This document shows, in pieces, positions 8,164 to 16,902 of a DNA stretch of 64,000 nt. The notes under the pieces were generated by a model. It was not told where the DNA came from, searched no databases, and saw nothing but the letters and a program-made list of their open reading frames with translations. The stretch is from Actinomycetota bacterium (GTDB lineage Bacteria > Actinomycetota > CADDZG01 > JAHWKV01), in assembly GCA_040905365.1 (NCBI GenBank), contig JBBDRQ010000083.1, positions 1,172-65,171 of the forward strand. Reading direction: 5' to 3'. The position numbers were made by a program, and so were the translations under genes. The first letter of the stretch is position 1. Each line of letters begins with the position of its first letter.

Positions 8164-9288
8164 ATGCCCAAGCCGCCCCGTAAAGCCCAACCCGGACGTC
8201 CGCGGCCCCAGCCCGCCGGCCGCCCGCGTCCCGCCGGGCCGGGTGGGGGCAAGGCGACGGGATCCAAGAAGCCGTTCAACCGGCCGCCGGGCGCGGGAAA
8301 CAAACCCCGGGGCTCCTCGGAGGTCAAGCCGGCAAAGCCGCCTGCGGACGGCGCCAAGCCTCAACCCCGGGCTCCGCGGCCCGAGGCGCCCAAGGGCCGC
8401 CCTCCCGCCCGCAAGGCGGTTCGGCCGGGCCCACCCAAGGCCGGATCCGCTACCGAACGGGGTCGGGCCAGACCGGCGGGCCGGCCGGGTGAAGGCTCCG
8501 GTCCCGGGCGGCCGCCGGGGTTCAAAGCCAAGCCCGGCGGTAAACCCGGGCCTCGCTCAGCAGGCGCCGGCGACAAGAAGCGATCCGGGTACCGGCCCCG
8601 GCCGATACACAATAAGCGTCCGGAAGGCAACGGAGCGCGACTGACCGCCGATCAAGTCCGCGACCTGCCCCGCCAGTGGGTGAGGGAGATAGAGCAAACC
8701 GCGCGGGAGTCGATGGGCCCCGCGGTGGCGGCCGCGGTGGCTGCGGCTTTGGAGGCGTTTGCAGGAGGGGATTTCGAGGCCGCGGCCAAGCTTGCGGCGC
8801 AGGCCAAGGCCGACGCACCGCGCTCGGCGATGATCCAGGAAGTTTTGGGGCTCTCGCTGTACCACCTGGGACGGTGGAAGCAGGCCCTAACCGAGCTGAT
8901 GTCCTACCGGCGCATAAGCGGCTTGCTGGACCAGAACCACGTGATCGCCGACTGCTACCGAGCGCTGGACCGGCCGGAGAAGGCCAGCGAAATTTGCGCG
9001 GAGGTAACCAAGACCGACGTTGCCGAGGAGGTGTGGGCGGAAACCATGATCGTGGCTGCGGGCGCGCTGGCCGACCGGAGCGATCTGGGCCGGGCGCTGC
9101 GCACGCTGGCCAGGGCGGAGTTGAATCCCGCGGCGGTGGAGCCGTTTCATCTGAGGCTTTGGTACGTTCGAGCCGACCTGCTGGAAAGAATCGGGCGGGC
9201 AGACGAGGCCGCGCAGATGTGGGAGCGCATCGTGGCCGAGGATCCGGACTTTTTCGATGCAGAGGAACGCATGCAGGCGAGCCGGTAA
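8164..9288 (+). CDS. hypothetical protein: highly basic Pro/Arg/Lys-rich N-terminal tail plus C-terminal TPR-like helical domain
   Basis: ATG at 8164 (MPKPPRKAQPGRPRPQPAGRPRPAGPGGGK...) is in frame with the track ORF. About 170 aa of low-complexity basic sequence is followed by an alpha-helical repeat region ('LGLSLYHLGRWKQALTELMSYRR...'). Confidence 0.6.
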   Translation: MPKPPRKAQPGRPRPQPAGRPRPAGPGGGKATGSKKPFNRPPGAGNKPRGSSEVKPAKPPADGAKPQPRAPRPEAPKGRPPARKAVRPGPPKAGSATERGRARPAGRPGEGSGPGRPPGFKAKPGGKPGPRSAGAGDKKRSGYRPRPIHNKRPEGNGARLTADQVRDLPRQWVREIEQTARESMGPAVAAAVAAALEAFAGGDFEAAAKLAAQAKADAPRSAMIQEVLGLSLYHLGRWKQALTELMSYRRISGLLDQNHVIADCYRALDRPEKASEICAEVTKTDVAEEVWAETMIVAAGALADRSDLGRALRTLARAELNPAAVEPFHLRLWYVRADLLERIGRADEAAQMWERIVAEDPDFFDAEERMQASR

Positions 9289-9311
9289 TGGGGCTTGATA
9301 GGAGGGCGCAT

Positions 9312-10847
9312 ATGGCAGATACGGCAGGAGCGAAGCGCATGGTGGGAGACATCATGAGCGCCCCGGTGGTCACCGCGACCAGGGAGTCGACGGTGCAAGA
9401 CGCCGCGGCACACATGCAAAGCGCCCGGGTAGGTGCGGTCGTGGTCGTCGAGGGTGAAAGGCCGGTAGGCATATTCACCGAACGTGACTTGATCGAGTTT
9501 GCGGCCACCGGCCGGGATGCCTCGGCCGAGCTGGTGGGCGACTTGATGGTCAAGGACTTGGAGACCGTGGCGCCCGATACCGAAGTAACGCAGGCCTTCG
9601 ACCAGTTTGCCGAGCTCAGGTACCGGCACATACCGGTGGTCGACGGCGCCCGCTTGGTGGGGATCGTGTCGGTGCGCGACCTGATGAAGATTGCACAGAT
9701 CCGCCCGGTGGGTACCCCGGCGGTCGACGTGCCGAAAGGTCTCAAGGGCGTGGTGGTAGCCGAAACCGAGGTCGGCGATGTGCGGGGCACCGAGGGCTTC
9801 TACCATTACCGCCAGTACAGTGCGGTCGATCTGTCCGAAAAGCGCAGCTTGGAGGAAGCCTGGTTCCTACTGTACGAGGGAAGGCTGCCCGACGCGGGTG
9901 AGTTGGAGCGCTTCCGCGCAGAGATTCGGCCGGCAAGAGTTATTCCGCCCGAGGTCAAGCAGATGCTGCCGGCGGTGGCGGGCGCGGGAACCTTCGTGCC
10001 CTTAAGCGCCCTGCGCACGGGGGTGTCGTTGACCACCGCGGTCTGGGGCTTCGGGTCCTGGCTGGACAGCGAAATGGACCAGATGAAGCAGGATGCGCTT
10101 CGGGTGTCGGCGGTGATTCCGACGCTGGTTGCCGCGCTGAACCGGATCCATCAGGGCAAGGAGCCGATAGATCCGCACCCCGCGCTGAACCACGCCGCCA
10201 ACTATCTGTACATGCTGACCGGGGAAGAGCCTTCCGAGGCTCACGCCCGGGCAATTGAGGTGTATCTGACCTCCACCATCGACCACGGCTTCAACGCCTC
10301 TACCTTTACCGGACGGGTCGTGGCGTCCACGGGTGCCGACTTGGGAGCGGCGGTCGTGGCGGCCATCGGCTCCTTGTCGGGGCCGCTGCACGGCGGTGCC
10401 CCCAGCCGGGCGCTGGACATGCTCGACGAGATCAAGACCGAGGATCAGGTGGATGAGTGGGTTCGCGCGGCGATGACCAAAGGGGGCCGCATTATGGGGT
10501 TCGGCCACCCCGTCTACAAGACGGAGGATCCTCGATCGGTCATGCTCCGCCGCCTGGCCGAGGATCTGGAAGCTCCTCGTATCGAGTTTGCAAAGCACGT
10601 GGAAAAGCGAGTTATCGAGATCCTCGATGAGTTAAAGCCCGGACGGCAGTTGCGCACCAACGTCGAGTTCTACGCGGCCATCGTGATGGAGACCATCGGC
10701 TTGACCCCGTCGCTGTTCACGCCGACGTTTGCCTGCAGCAGGGTGATCGGCTGGACGGCCCACATCCTGGAGCAGGCCGCGGACAATCGCATCATTCGTC
10801 CCAGTGGTCGCTACATTGGACCGCCGCCGCCGCAACCGTTGGATTGA
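9312..10847 (+). CDS. CBS-pair domain fused to a citrate synthase-family enzyme
   Basis: RBS 'aggaggg' precedes the ATG at 9312. The N-terminal 130 aa form a CBS pair (IMSAPVVTATREST...VSVRDLMKIA). The remainder is citrate (Si)-synthase-like ('GFGHPVYKTEDPRSVMLRRL', 'LYMLTGE'). The track ORF upstream extension (8676..) is R/G-rich junk. Confidence 0.8.
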   Translation: MADTAGAKRMVGDIMSAPVVTATRESTVQDAAAHMQSARVGAVVVVEGERPVGIFTERDLIEFAATGRDASAELVGDLMVKDLETVAPDTEVTQAFDQFAELRYRHIPVVDGARLVGIVSVRDLMKIAQIRPVGTPAVDVPKGLKGVVVAETEVGDVRGTEGFYHYRQYSAVDLSEKRSLEEAWFLLYEGRLPDAGELERFRAEIRPARVIPPEVKQMLPAVAGAGTFVPLSALRTGVSLTTAVWGFGSWLDSEMDQMKQDALRVSAVIPTLVAALNRIHQGKEPIDPHPALNHAANYLYMLTGEEPSEAHARAIEVYLTSTIDHGFNASTFTGRVVASTGADLGAAVVAAIGSLSGPLHGGAPSRALDMLDEIKTEDQVDEWVRAAMTKGGRIMGFGHPVYKTEDPRSVMLRRLAEDLEAPRIEFAKHVEKRVIEILDELKPGRQLRTNVEFYAAIVMETIGLTPSLFTPTFACSRVIGWTAHILEQAADNRIIRPSGRYIGPPPPQPLD

Positions 10848-10862
10848 AAAGGCGGCGAGAGG

Positions 10863-12041
10863 CTACGGAGTCAGGTTTCGCATAATCAGGCCGCTGCGAG
10901 GCTTGGGCCAAAACAATGTCGTCTTGGGCGGCATGCGTACACCCTCAAGAGCCTTGGCGGCTACCAGCTCCACTGGAGTGGAGGGCATGAGAAAAGCGAC
11001 GGTGTTTCCGGCTTGGATGGCGGCGGCCACCTCGTCTAGATCGTGTTCGTAGGCGACCGACGCCTCCGACGGCTCCAAGACATTCTCGGCCAGCCAGACG
11101 GTGTCGATCTCACCCGTGGATTGGATCGTCCAGCACGAGGAAGCGCCGGCAACGCCCAGGGTTCCCGGACCGGCCCGCCGCACATGGTCGTGGAGCGCGT
11201 ACAGGCCGCCCTCGAACGGCTTCATGTCCAGACCGTCGACTGAGACGCCGGTGGCCAACCGGTGAATGGGCAGCAGCTCGGGCGCGAACTGGGCGGGGTC
11301 GGAGATCAGCGCCAGCGTGTAGTCCCACGGTCCTGGTCCGTCGATTGCCCGTCGTTCTTCCCGGTAAGTGAGGGCGGTCTCGTAGCGGTGGTGTCCGTCG
11401 GCTACCACCAAAGGGGTGGCGGCGACCCGATCGATTAGCTCACCGGCTTGATCGTCGGACAACCGCCACATGCGGTGCCGCACGCCGTCGGCGTCGGTTA
11501 CGTCGGCCAGCGGTTGTTCATCCTGCAGTGCGTCCACGACGGCTGCGAAGCCCTCAAGGGGGGCGCTGGAGAAGAACCACAGCGGTTCGAGGTTGGCTGC
11601 GGTGGTGCGCATCAAGGCCAACCGGTCGGCTTTGGGGCCGGGCGTGGTGCGTTCGTGCCCGTACACTCCGCCGGTGCCCAGTGCCTCCAAACGCAAAGCA
11701 GCCAGGACTCCGGCGGTGGCGCGGCGGTGACCGTTGACCTCGAAATCGGATCGGTACAGGTACAGGTGCTCCCGGTCGTCGGTGACCAGCACCCCGGAGG
11801 TTAGCCACTCGCGCCAGGTGCCGGCGGCGCGTGTGTAGCGGTTGTCGGCGTCGGTGTCTCCGGGGGATTGGGCGCCGAGGCTGACGTGAATGAAGTTGTT
11901 GGAGTGCAGCTGGTCCAACCGATCCCGCTCGGTTGGAGATATGACGTCGTAGGGCGGTGACGAGACCAGGTCCAGATCCATGCCGGGTCCGTACCGGGTG
12001 GCGTTGAACTTTGCTATCTTCGGCACATGGGCCATTATCAC
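10863..12041 (-). CDS. DUF1015 family protein
   Basis: Conserved 'SPPYDVISPTER' N-terminal motif of DUF1015. 392 aa. Confidence 0.75.
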   Translation of the reverse strand: MIMAHVPKIAKFNATRYGPGMDLDLVSSPPYDVISPTERDRLDQLHSNNFIHVSLGAQSPGDTDADNRYTRAAGTWREWLTSGVLVTDDREHLYLYRSDFEVNGHRRATAGVLAALRLEALGTGGVYGHERTTPGPKADRLALMRTTAANLEPLWFFSSAPLEGFAAVVDALQDEQPLADVTDADGVRHRMWRLSDDQAGELIDRVAATPLVVADGHHRYETALTYREERRAIDGPGPWDYTLALISDPAQFAPELLPIHRLATGVSVDGLDMKPFEGGLYALHDHVRRAGPGTLGVAGASSCWTIQSTGEIDTVWLAENVLEPSEASVAYEHDLDEVAAAIQAGNTVAFLMPSTPVELVAAKALEGVRMPPKTTLFWPKPRSGLIMRNLTP

Positions 12042-12076
12042 GGAACCGCCCGTTTAGACGCTATTGTGTTCTTACG

Positions 12077-12436
12077 ATGAACGCATCCGACCCTTATGAC
12101 CTTTTGACCGAGGGCCGCGAGCTCTTGGCTGCCAAGCGCAGCAAAGAGGCGGTCGAGTTGCTGCAGGCCGCGCGGGACCTGGAGCCGGAAAAGGGATCCA
12201 TTCGAGAAGCGCTGGCGCGCGCCCTGTACGACAGCCGGCAGATCGCCCGGGCAACCGAGGAGTTTACGGCGGCCGTGGAGCTCAACCCCGCGGACGATTA
12301 CGCATACTTCGGGCTGGCGCTGTGCAAGGCGCGATTGGGCAACCGCCAAAGAGCCGCCGGGCTGCTCAAGATCGCGCTGGCCATGCGGCCCGACTCCGAG
12401 AACTACCGCCGGGCGCTGGATCGGCTGGCCTGTTGA
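12077..12436 (+). CDS. small tetratricopeptide-repeat protein
   Basis: ATG at 12077 (MNASDPYDLL...). TPR-like helices ('ALARALYDSRQIARATEEFTAAVELNP', 'YAYFGLALCKARLGNRQRAAGLLKIALAMRP'). Confidence 0.65.
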   Translation: MNASDPYDLLTEGRELLAAKRSKEAVELLQAARDLEPEKGSIREALARALYDSRQIARATEEFTAAVELNPADDYAYFGLALCKARLGNRQRAAGLLKIALAMRPDSENYRRALDRLAC

Positions 12437-13260
12437 TTACCGGCGGCGGCCGGATACTGGAGTCGGCAGGTGAGCTGCTGGACAGGTACCGGGCTTTTGC
12501 GATCGACCTCGACGGTGTGGTTTGGCGCGGAGGGCGTCTGCTGGAGGGCGCCGTCGAGGGCTTGCAGGCCATTGCCGCCACGGGCAAACCCTTCATTCTG
12601 CTTACCAACAACGGCGCTTACCGTCCATCCGACGTCCTGGAGCGGCTCAACGGGCCCGGCATCGAGCTGACCGCCGAGCAGGTCCTAACCAGTGCGGTGG
12701 TCGCACGCAAATGGATTGCCGGGCGCGAGTTGACCGGCGCCCGTTCATTCATACTGGCCGGCCCCAACGTTGTGGGGCAGCTAAGCGATGTCTTAGAGGT
12801 CAGACCGATGGAGCCGGGGGAGCAGGCCGAGTTCGTCCTGGTGGGCCGGTACGAGGAGTTCAACTACTCGCGCCTGGCGGTGGCGGCCGATTCGGTGAGA
12901 GATGGAGCAGCCTTTTTGTGCTTGAACCGCGATCCGGTGATGCCGGTGGAGGGCGGCCGGGTCGTACCGGGAACGGGCACGATAGTGGCCGCGATGGAGG
13001 TGGCCTCGGGGCGACCGGCTACCGTCCTGGGTAAGCCGGAGCTTCCCATGATGCAGGCTGCGGCAGATTTGGTTGGGACCGACGGCGTACTGATGATCGG
13101 CGACCGCGTCGAGTCGGATATTGCTGGGGCCCGCAAGATTGGCTGGGACGGCGCTCTGGTGCTGACCGGGCTGTCGGTCCCCGACGCCGTGATGGATCCG
13201 GCGCCCGACTACGTCGTGAGTTCACTGGGAGCGTTCGCTCGCAAAGGGGCCGAGGTCTAG
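12433..13260 (+). CDS. HAD-superfamily hydrolase, subfamily IIA
   Basis: TTG at 12433 overlaps the upstream stop. Motifs: 'FAIDLDGVVWRG' (motif I), 'LLTNNG', 'IGDRVESDIAGARKIGWDGALVLTG' (motif IV). Confidence 0.8.
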   Translation: MITGGGRILESAGELLDRYRAFAIDLDGVVWRGGRLLEGAVEGLQAIAATGKPFILLTNNGAYRPSDVLERLNGPGIELTAEQVLTSAVVARKWIAGRELTGARSFILAGPNVVGQLSDVLEVRPMEPGEQAEFVLVGRYEEFNYSRLAVAADSVRDGAAFLCLNRDPVMPVEGGRVVPGTGTIVAAMEVASGRPATVLGKPELPMMQAAADLVGTDGVLMIGDRVESDIAGARKIGWDGALVLTGLSVPDAVMDPAPDYVVSSLGAFARKGAEV

Positions 13261-13264
13261 TGCA

Positions 13265-14059
13265 CTAGGCAAACCCGGTTTTTGACTTGGGCCGGCGGCG
13301 GTGGCCTCCAAACAGCCAGATCAAGGCCATGCCGGCGACGAACCCACCGACATGAGCCACCCACGCGACGCCGCCTCCCTCATCAGCCGACTGGCCCTGT
13401 CCGATGAAAAACTGGCCTATGAACCACATGCCGAGCACAACCATCGCCGGCAGCCGAATTCTGCCGAAGATGAAAAACAAGATCGGGATGGGCACTACGG
13501 TGTGTATCACGGCGCGTGGGAACAGCACCGCGTAGGCGCCCAGCAGACCGGAGATGGCGCCGCTGGCCCCCACGGTAGGGATGGCCGAATCCGCGTTGAA
13601 CCAAACGTGAGCCACGGTGCCGGCGACGCCCACTGCAAGGTAGAACGCCACGAACTTGACCTTGCCGAGCCGGTCCTCGATGTTGTTGCCGAAGACCCAC
13701 AAAAAGAGCATGTTCCCGGCGAGGTGAAAAAAGCCGCCGTGCAAGAACATCGACGTGAAGATCGAAGCCAGCAGCGATTTCTCCTCGAGAAAAACGCCGT
13801 TGCATACCTGTTCTGCAAAGGGCTCGCCTTGGGTTATCTCCGCAGGAACTACCCCCCACTTATAAAAGAACTGCACGGTTCGGCAGTTTTCGGTTTGGCA
13901 GGCAACCTCGCCCGGGCCACAGCTGGCCTGCTGGCCGAAGTTGGGTTCGAGCAAGAAGAACACCGCTACGTTGATCGCGATGAGCGCGACGGTGATGATT
14001 GAAAAAGTATGGGTCGGGTTCTCGTCGTGAATGGGGATCAGGCTGGTGGGAGCGACCAT
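13265..14059 (-). CDS. rhomboid family intramembrane serine protease
   Basis: 'GASGAISGLLGAY' (GxSG catalytic Ser) and 'AHVGGFVAGMAL' (catalytic His helix). Six predicted TM segments. Start chosen at the internal M (MVAPTSLIP...). Confidence 0.8.
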   Translation of the reverse strand: MVAPTSLIPIHDENPTHTFSIITVALIAINVAVFFLLEPNFGQQASCGPGEVACQTENCRTVQFFYKWGVVPAEITQGEPFAEQVCNGVFLEEKSLLASIFTSMFLHGGFFHLAGNMLFLWVFGNNIEDRLGKVKFVAFYLAVGVAGTVAHVWFNADSAIPTVGASGAISGLLGAYAVLFPRAVIHTVVPIPILFFIFGRIRLPAMVVLGMWFIGQFFIGQGQSADEGGGVAWVAHVGGFVAGMALIWLFGGHRRRPKSKTGFA

Positions 14060-14136
14060 CCGGGCAGAATAACGCAGGCTGGGTCCGGCGCCTTGACAAC
14101 CTTTCAATATGACTGAAAGCCTGTTGGTAAATCCTT

Positions 14137-15099
14137 ATGAATAGCTCCTGGGCCACTAGAGTCGTGCGCGCAACCGGCGCGGTGGTGCTTTGCGTGCTGG
14201 CCGTCGGCCCACTCCCCCAGGCCGGTGCGGCCGCGGTGTCCTCGGTGCAGGCCGAGCTGGACAAGGCGGCGGCCGAGTACAGCCGCCTGGAAACCGAGCT
14301 CGGGGAGACTCTGGACCGCAAGGCCCGCGTGGAACAGGAGCTGGACGAGGCGCAGCAGATCATCGCCGAGCGGGCGGATCAGATTCAGTTGCGAGCCGGC
14401 CACATCTACAAGAGCGGCGGGGTGTCCACCTTCCTTTCGAGCATGCTGCTGTCCGAGAACCCGTCGGTGTTTTTTCGCCGCATGTATTTCATGGAGAGGC
14501 TGGGCCGAAGCGACCGCGAGCTCGTGGGTAGTCTGCAGGTGATGCAATCCCGTTCCGACGAGCTGCTCGAAGACCTGGACAGCACCATCGCCCGGCAGCG
14601 CGAGCTGGTAGCCAGCCAGCGCGAGAAGCGACGGGACCTGGAGTCCAGGCTCAAGGGGGCGAGGGGAGCGGCCAGGGTGAGCCGGATCCGGTCGTTCTCC
14701 GCTTTCAGCATCCCCATCGACGGAGCCACTGCGTTTGCCGATACGTGGGGGGCTCCCCGTTCCGGGGGCCGGAGGCACCAAGGGACCGATGTGATGGCTT
14801 CGTGCGGAGCCCCGGTTGTCGCCGTTACCGATGGAGTTATCAGCCGCCTGCACTCAGGAGGCAACGGCGGGATCATGGCATATCTGAGGGCGGGCAACGG
14901 GGATGTGTTCTTCTACGCCCATCTGCAAAATTACGCTCCGGGCATAAGCACAGGTAGCCGGGTGTCGGCCGGGCAACGGATCGGGTCCAACGGCAATACC
15001 GGCAACGCCCGCGGGGGGCCCTGCCACGTACATTTCGAGTGGCACCCCGGCGGAGGGCGCCCGCGCAACCCTTACCCCCTGCTGGCCGCCGCGCGCTAG
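14137..15099 (+). CDS. secreted coiled-coil M23 family metallopeptidase
   Basis: Signal peptide, then about 170 aa of coiled coil. M23 motifs 'HQGTDVMASCGAPVVAVTDG' (HxxxD) and 'CHVHFEWHP' (HxH). Confidence 0.85.
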   Translation: MNSSWATRVVRATGAVVLCVLAVGPLPQAGAAAVSSVQAELDKAAAEYSRLETELGETLDRKARVEQELDEAQQIIAERADQIQLRAGHIYKSGGVSTFLSSMLLSENPSVFFRRMYFMERLGRSDRELVGSLQVMQSRSDELLEDLDSTIARQRELVASQREKRRDLESRLKGARGAARVSRIRSFSAFSIPIDGATAFADTWGAPRSGGRRHQGTDVMASCGAPVVAVTDGVISRLHSGGNGGIMAYLRAGNGDVFFYAHLQNYAPGISTGSRVSAGQRIGSNGNTGNARGGPCHVHFEWHPGGGRPRNPYPLLAAAR

Positions 15100-15124
15100 T
15101 GGTAACGTGCACTAAGATCCTGGT

Positions 15125-15274
15125 GTGGACGAGCTGGAAGCAGAAGAGTTGTTGGAGCACCTGGCTACGCAGCCCCTGCCCGAGCGCGCCGACGCTTTCG
15201 ATAAGGTCATCGACGCCCTCGAGCTCGATCTCGAAGCGACGGCCCATCCGGGTCGGGATGCCGCCGGCAGTTAG
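15125..15274 (+). CDS. possible small acidic protein (49 aa) upstream of tlyA
   Basis: GTG-started ORF MDELEAEELLEHLATQPLPERADAFDKVIDALELDLEATAHPGRDAAGS. It is below the track's 60-aa cutoff and has codon-usage-like periodicity. Mycobacteria carry a small conserved hypothetical gene at the position upstream of tlyA. Confidence 0.3.
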   Translation: MDELEAEELLEHLATQPLPERADAFDKVIDALELDLEATAHPGRDAAGS

Positions 15275-15286
15275 GAGCCCCTCGCC

Positions 15287-16063
15287 TTGGCCTCCCGCCG
15301 CCGCCTGGACCGGGAATTGGTAGCGCGCGGCCTGGCTGCCGATCTAGAGCAGGCCCGTGAGGCCATACGCTCCAGGCGGGTGGTGATCGACGGCGCGCCC
15401 GGGCTCGCTGAGACGACCTTAGTTGCGGACTCCAGCCACATCAGCATCAGCCGGGCCCGCCGCTTTGTCTCCCGCGGGGGTGACAAGCTGCGCGGCGCCC
15501 TGGATGACTTATGCCTGGATGTAACGGGTATGCGCTGCCTGGATGCCGGAGCCGGTTCGGGGGGTTTTACAGACTGCCTGCTGCAGGCCGGCGCCGCACA
15601 CGTGACGGCGGTCGACGTGGGGTACGGGCAGTTCGACTGGTCGCTGCGGACCTCCTCCAGAGTTGATTTGATGGAGCGGACCAACGTCCGCGCTCTGGCC
15701 GGACACGCTCACCGGTTCGACCTGATCGTGGCCGATTTGAGTTTTGTAACGCTGCGGTCCATGGCGCGTACCCTTGCCGCGTTGGCCGGCGGGTGCGCGA
15801 TTTGCGTCTTGCTGGTCAAGCCGCAGTTCGAGGCGGCCGCCGGCCAAGTTGATCCGGGGGGAGTGGTGAGGGACCCCGGGGCGTGGCTGCAGGTACTGGA
15901 ATCGGTAATCGAGGTACTCGCTGGCCAGGGTCTGGGTACCGTGGAGGTCGCGCCCTCACGGGTGAAGGGGGCGGGCGGTAACCAAGAGTTCTTCTTGATG
16001 GCTGTGCCCGGACACGAGGTCGAGGCGCGGGCCGCCGGGCGGGCGCTGGAGATGCTTGGGTGA
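15287..16063 (+). CDS. tlyA: TlyA family 16S/23S rRNA (cytidine-2'-O)-methyltransferase
   Basis: N-terminal S4 domain (RLDRELVARGL). FtsJ-like SAM motif 'CLDAGAGSGGFTDCLLQAGAAHVTAVDVG'. Confidence 0.85.
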   Translation: MASRRRLDRELVARGLAADLEQAREAIRSRRVVIDGAPGLAETTLVADSSHISISRARRFVSRGGDKLRGALDDLCLDVTGMRCLDAGAGSGGFTDCLLQAGAAHVTAVDVGYGQFDWSLRTSSRVDLMERTNVRALAGHAHRFDLIVADLSFVTLRSMARTLAALAGGCAICVLLVKPQFEAAAGQVDPGGVVRDPGAWLQVLESVIEVLAGQGLGTVEVAPSRVKGAGGNQEFFLMAVPGHEVEARAAGRALEMLG

Positions 16064-16866
16064 AAACCATCGGACTGGTGATCCACCCGACCAACCCAAA
16101 AGCGAAGGAGACCGCCGACCGAATACGGGAGGACGGCGCCCACCGCGGCCTGGACGTGGTGACGGTAGACTCCTCCACCGACCACCCTGATGCAATCCTG
16201 GCCCTGGGCGGCGACGGGACGTTGTTGAGGGCAGCGCAGGTTGCCTGGCGTTTGGATGTGCCGGTCCTGGGAGCCAATCTGGGCAATCTGGGTTTTTTGT
16301 CGACCGTGGACCCAGGCATGGTGGATGACATGGTGCAGGCGCTAATTACCGACATATACCGGGTCGAGCACCGGATGATGCTGCAGGCGACCGCGTTTCA
16401 GGGCGACGAGGAGCTGTACAGCTTCATGGCGTTGAACGAGGTGGTAGTGGAGCGGGACACGGTGGCCAGAGTCGTCACGGTCCGGGTGTCGGTTGGGCAT
16501 GAGACTGTTGCCCGATACACCGCGGACGGATTCATCGTCTCCACCCCGACGGGGTCCACCGCCTATTCGTTGTCGGCCGGAGGGCCCGTGGTCGCCCCCG
16601 ACGTAGACGCAGTCGTGTTGACAGCGGTGTGTGCGCACACACCGCTGTGGCGCTCGATAGTCATCGGAGGGTCCCATACGGTGTTCCTGGAAACTCCGCA
16701 GGATTCGGTGGCGCTTTCCACCGACGGGCAGCACCTCGGCGATCTGCAGCCTGGAGGAGTCATCAAGGTGGAGGCCCATCCCCGTCCCCTCAAGCTGTTG
16801 ACGGCGTACAAGTCCCATTTCTACGACAAGCTGCGGCAGCGCTTCCACGTCGAGCCCAACGATTAA
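16060..16866 (+). CDS. nadK: NAD(+) kinase
   Basis: 'ALGGDGTLLRAA' GGDG motif and 'VVERDTVARV...ADGFIVSTPTGSTAYSLSAGGP' NAD-kinase C-terminal motif. Stop/start overlap with tlyA. Confidence 0.9.
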   Translation: MKTIGLVIHPTNPKAKETADRIREDGAHRGLDVVTVDSSTDHPDAILALGGDGTLLRAAQVAWRLDVPVLGANLGNLGFLSTVDPGMVDDMVQALITDIYRVEHRMMLQATAFQGDEELYSFMALNEVVVERDTVARVVTVRVSVGHETVARYTADGFIVSTPTGSTAYSLSAGGPVVAPDVDAVVLTAVCAHTPLWRSIVIGGSHTVFLETPQDSVALSTDGQHLGDLQPGGVIKVEAHPRPLKLLTAYKSHFYDKLRQRFHVEPND

Positions 16867-16902
16867 GGATTCGCCCGGCGCGGCCCGGTTAGAATCGCAG
16901 GG

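Noticed and set aside
8676-9311. Upstream 212-codon extension of the CBS-citrate synthase ORF. Analogous extensions occur at 40839..41240 (aroA), 45826..46317 (VanW), 29279..29311 (pyrG) and 59060..59353 / 60772..61074 (minus-strand genes).
   Set aside because: Gly/Arg-rich non-protein-like translation. Internal starts with RBS or start/stop overlap with the preceding gene fit better.
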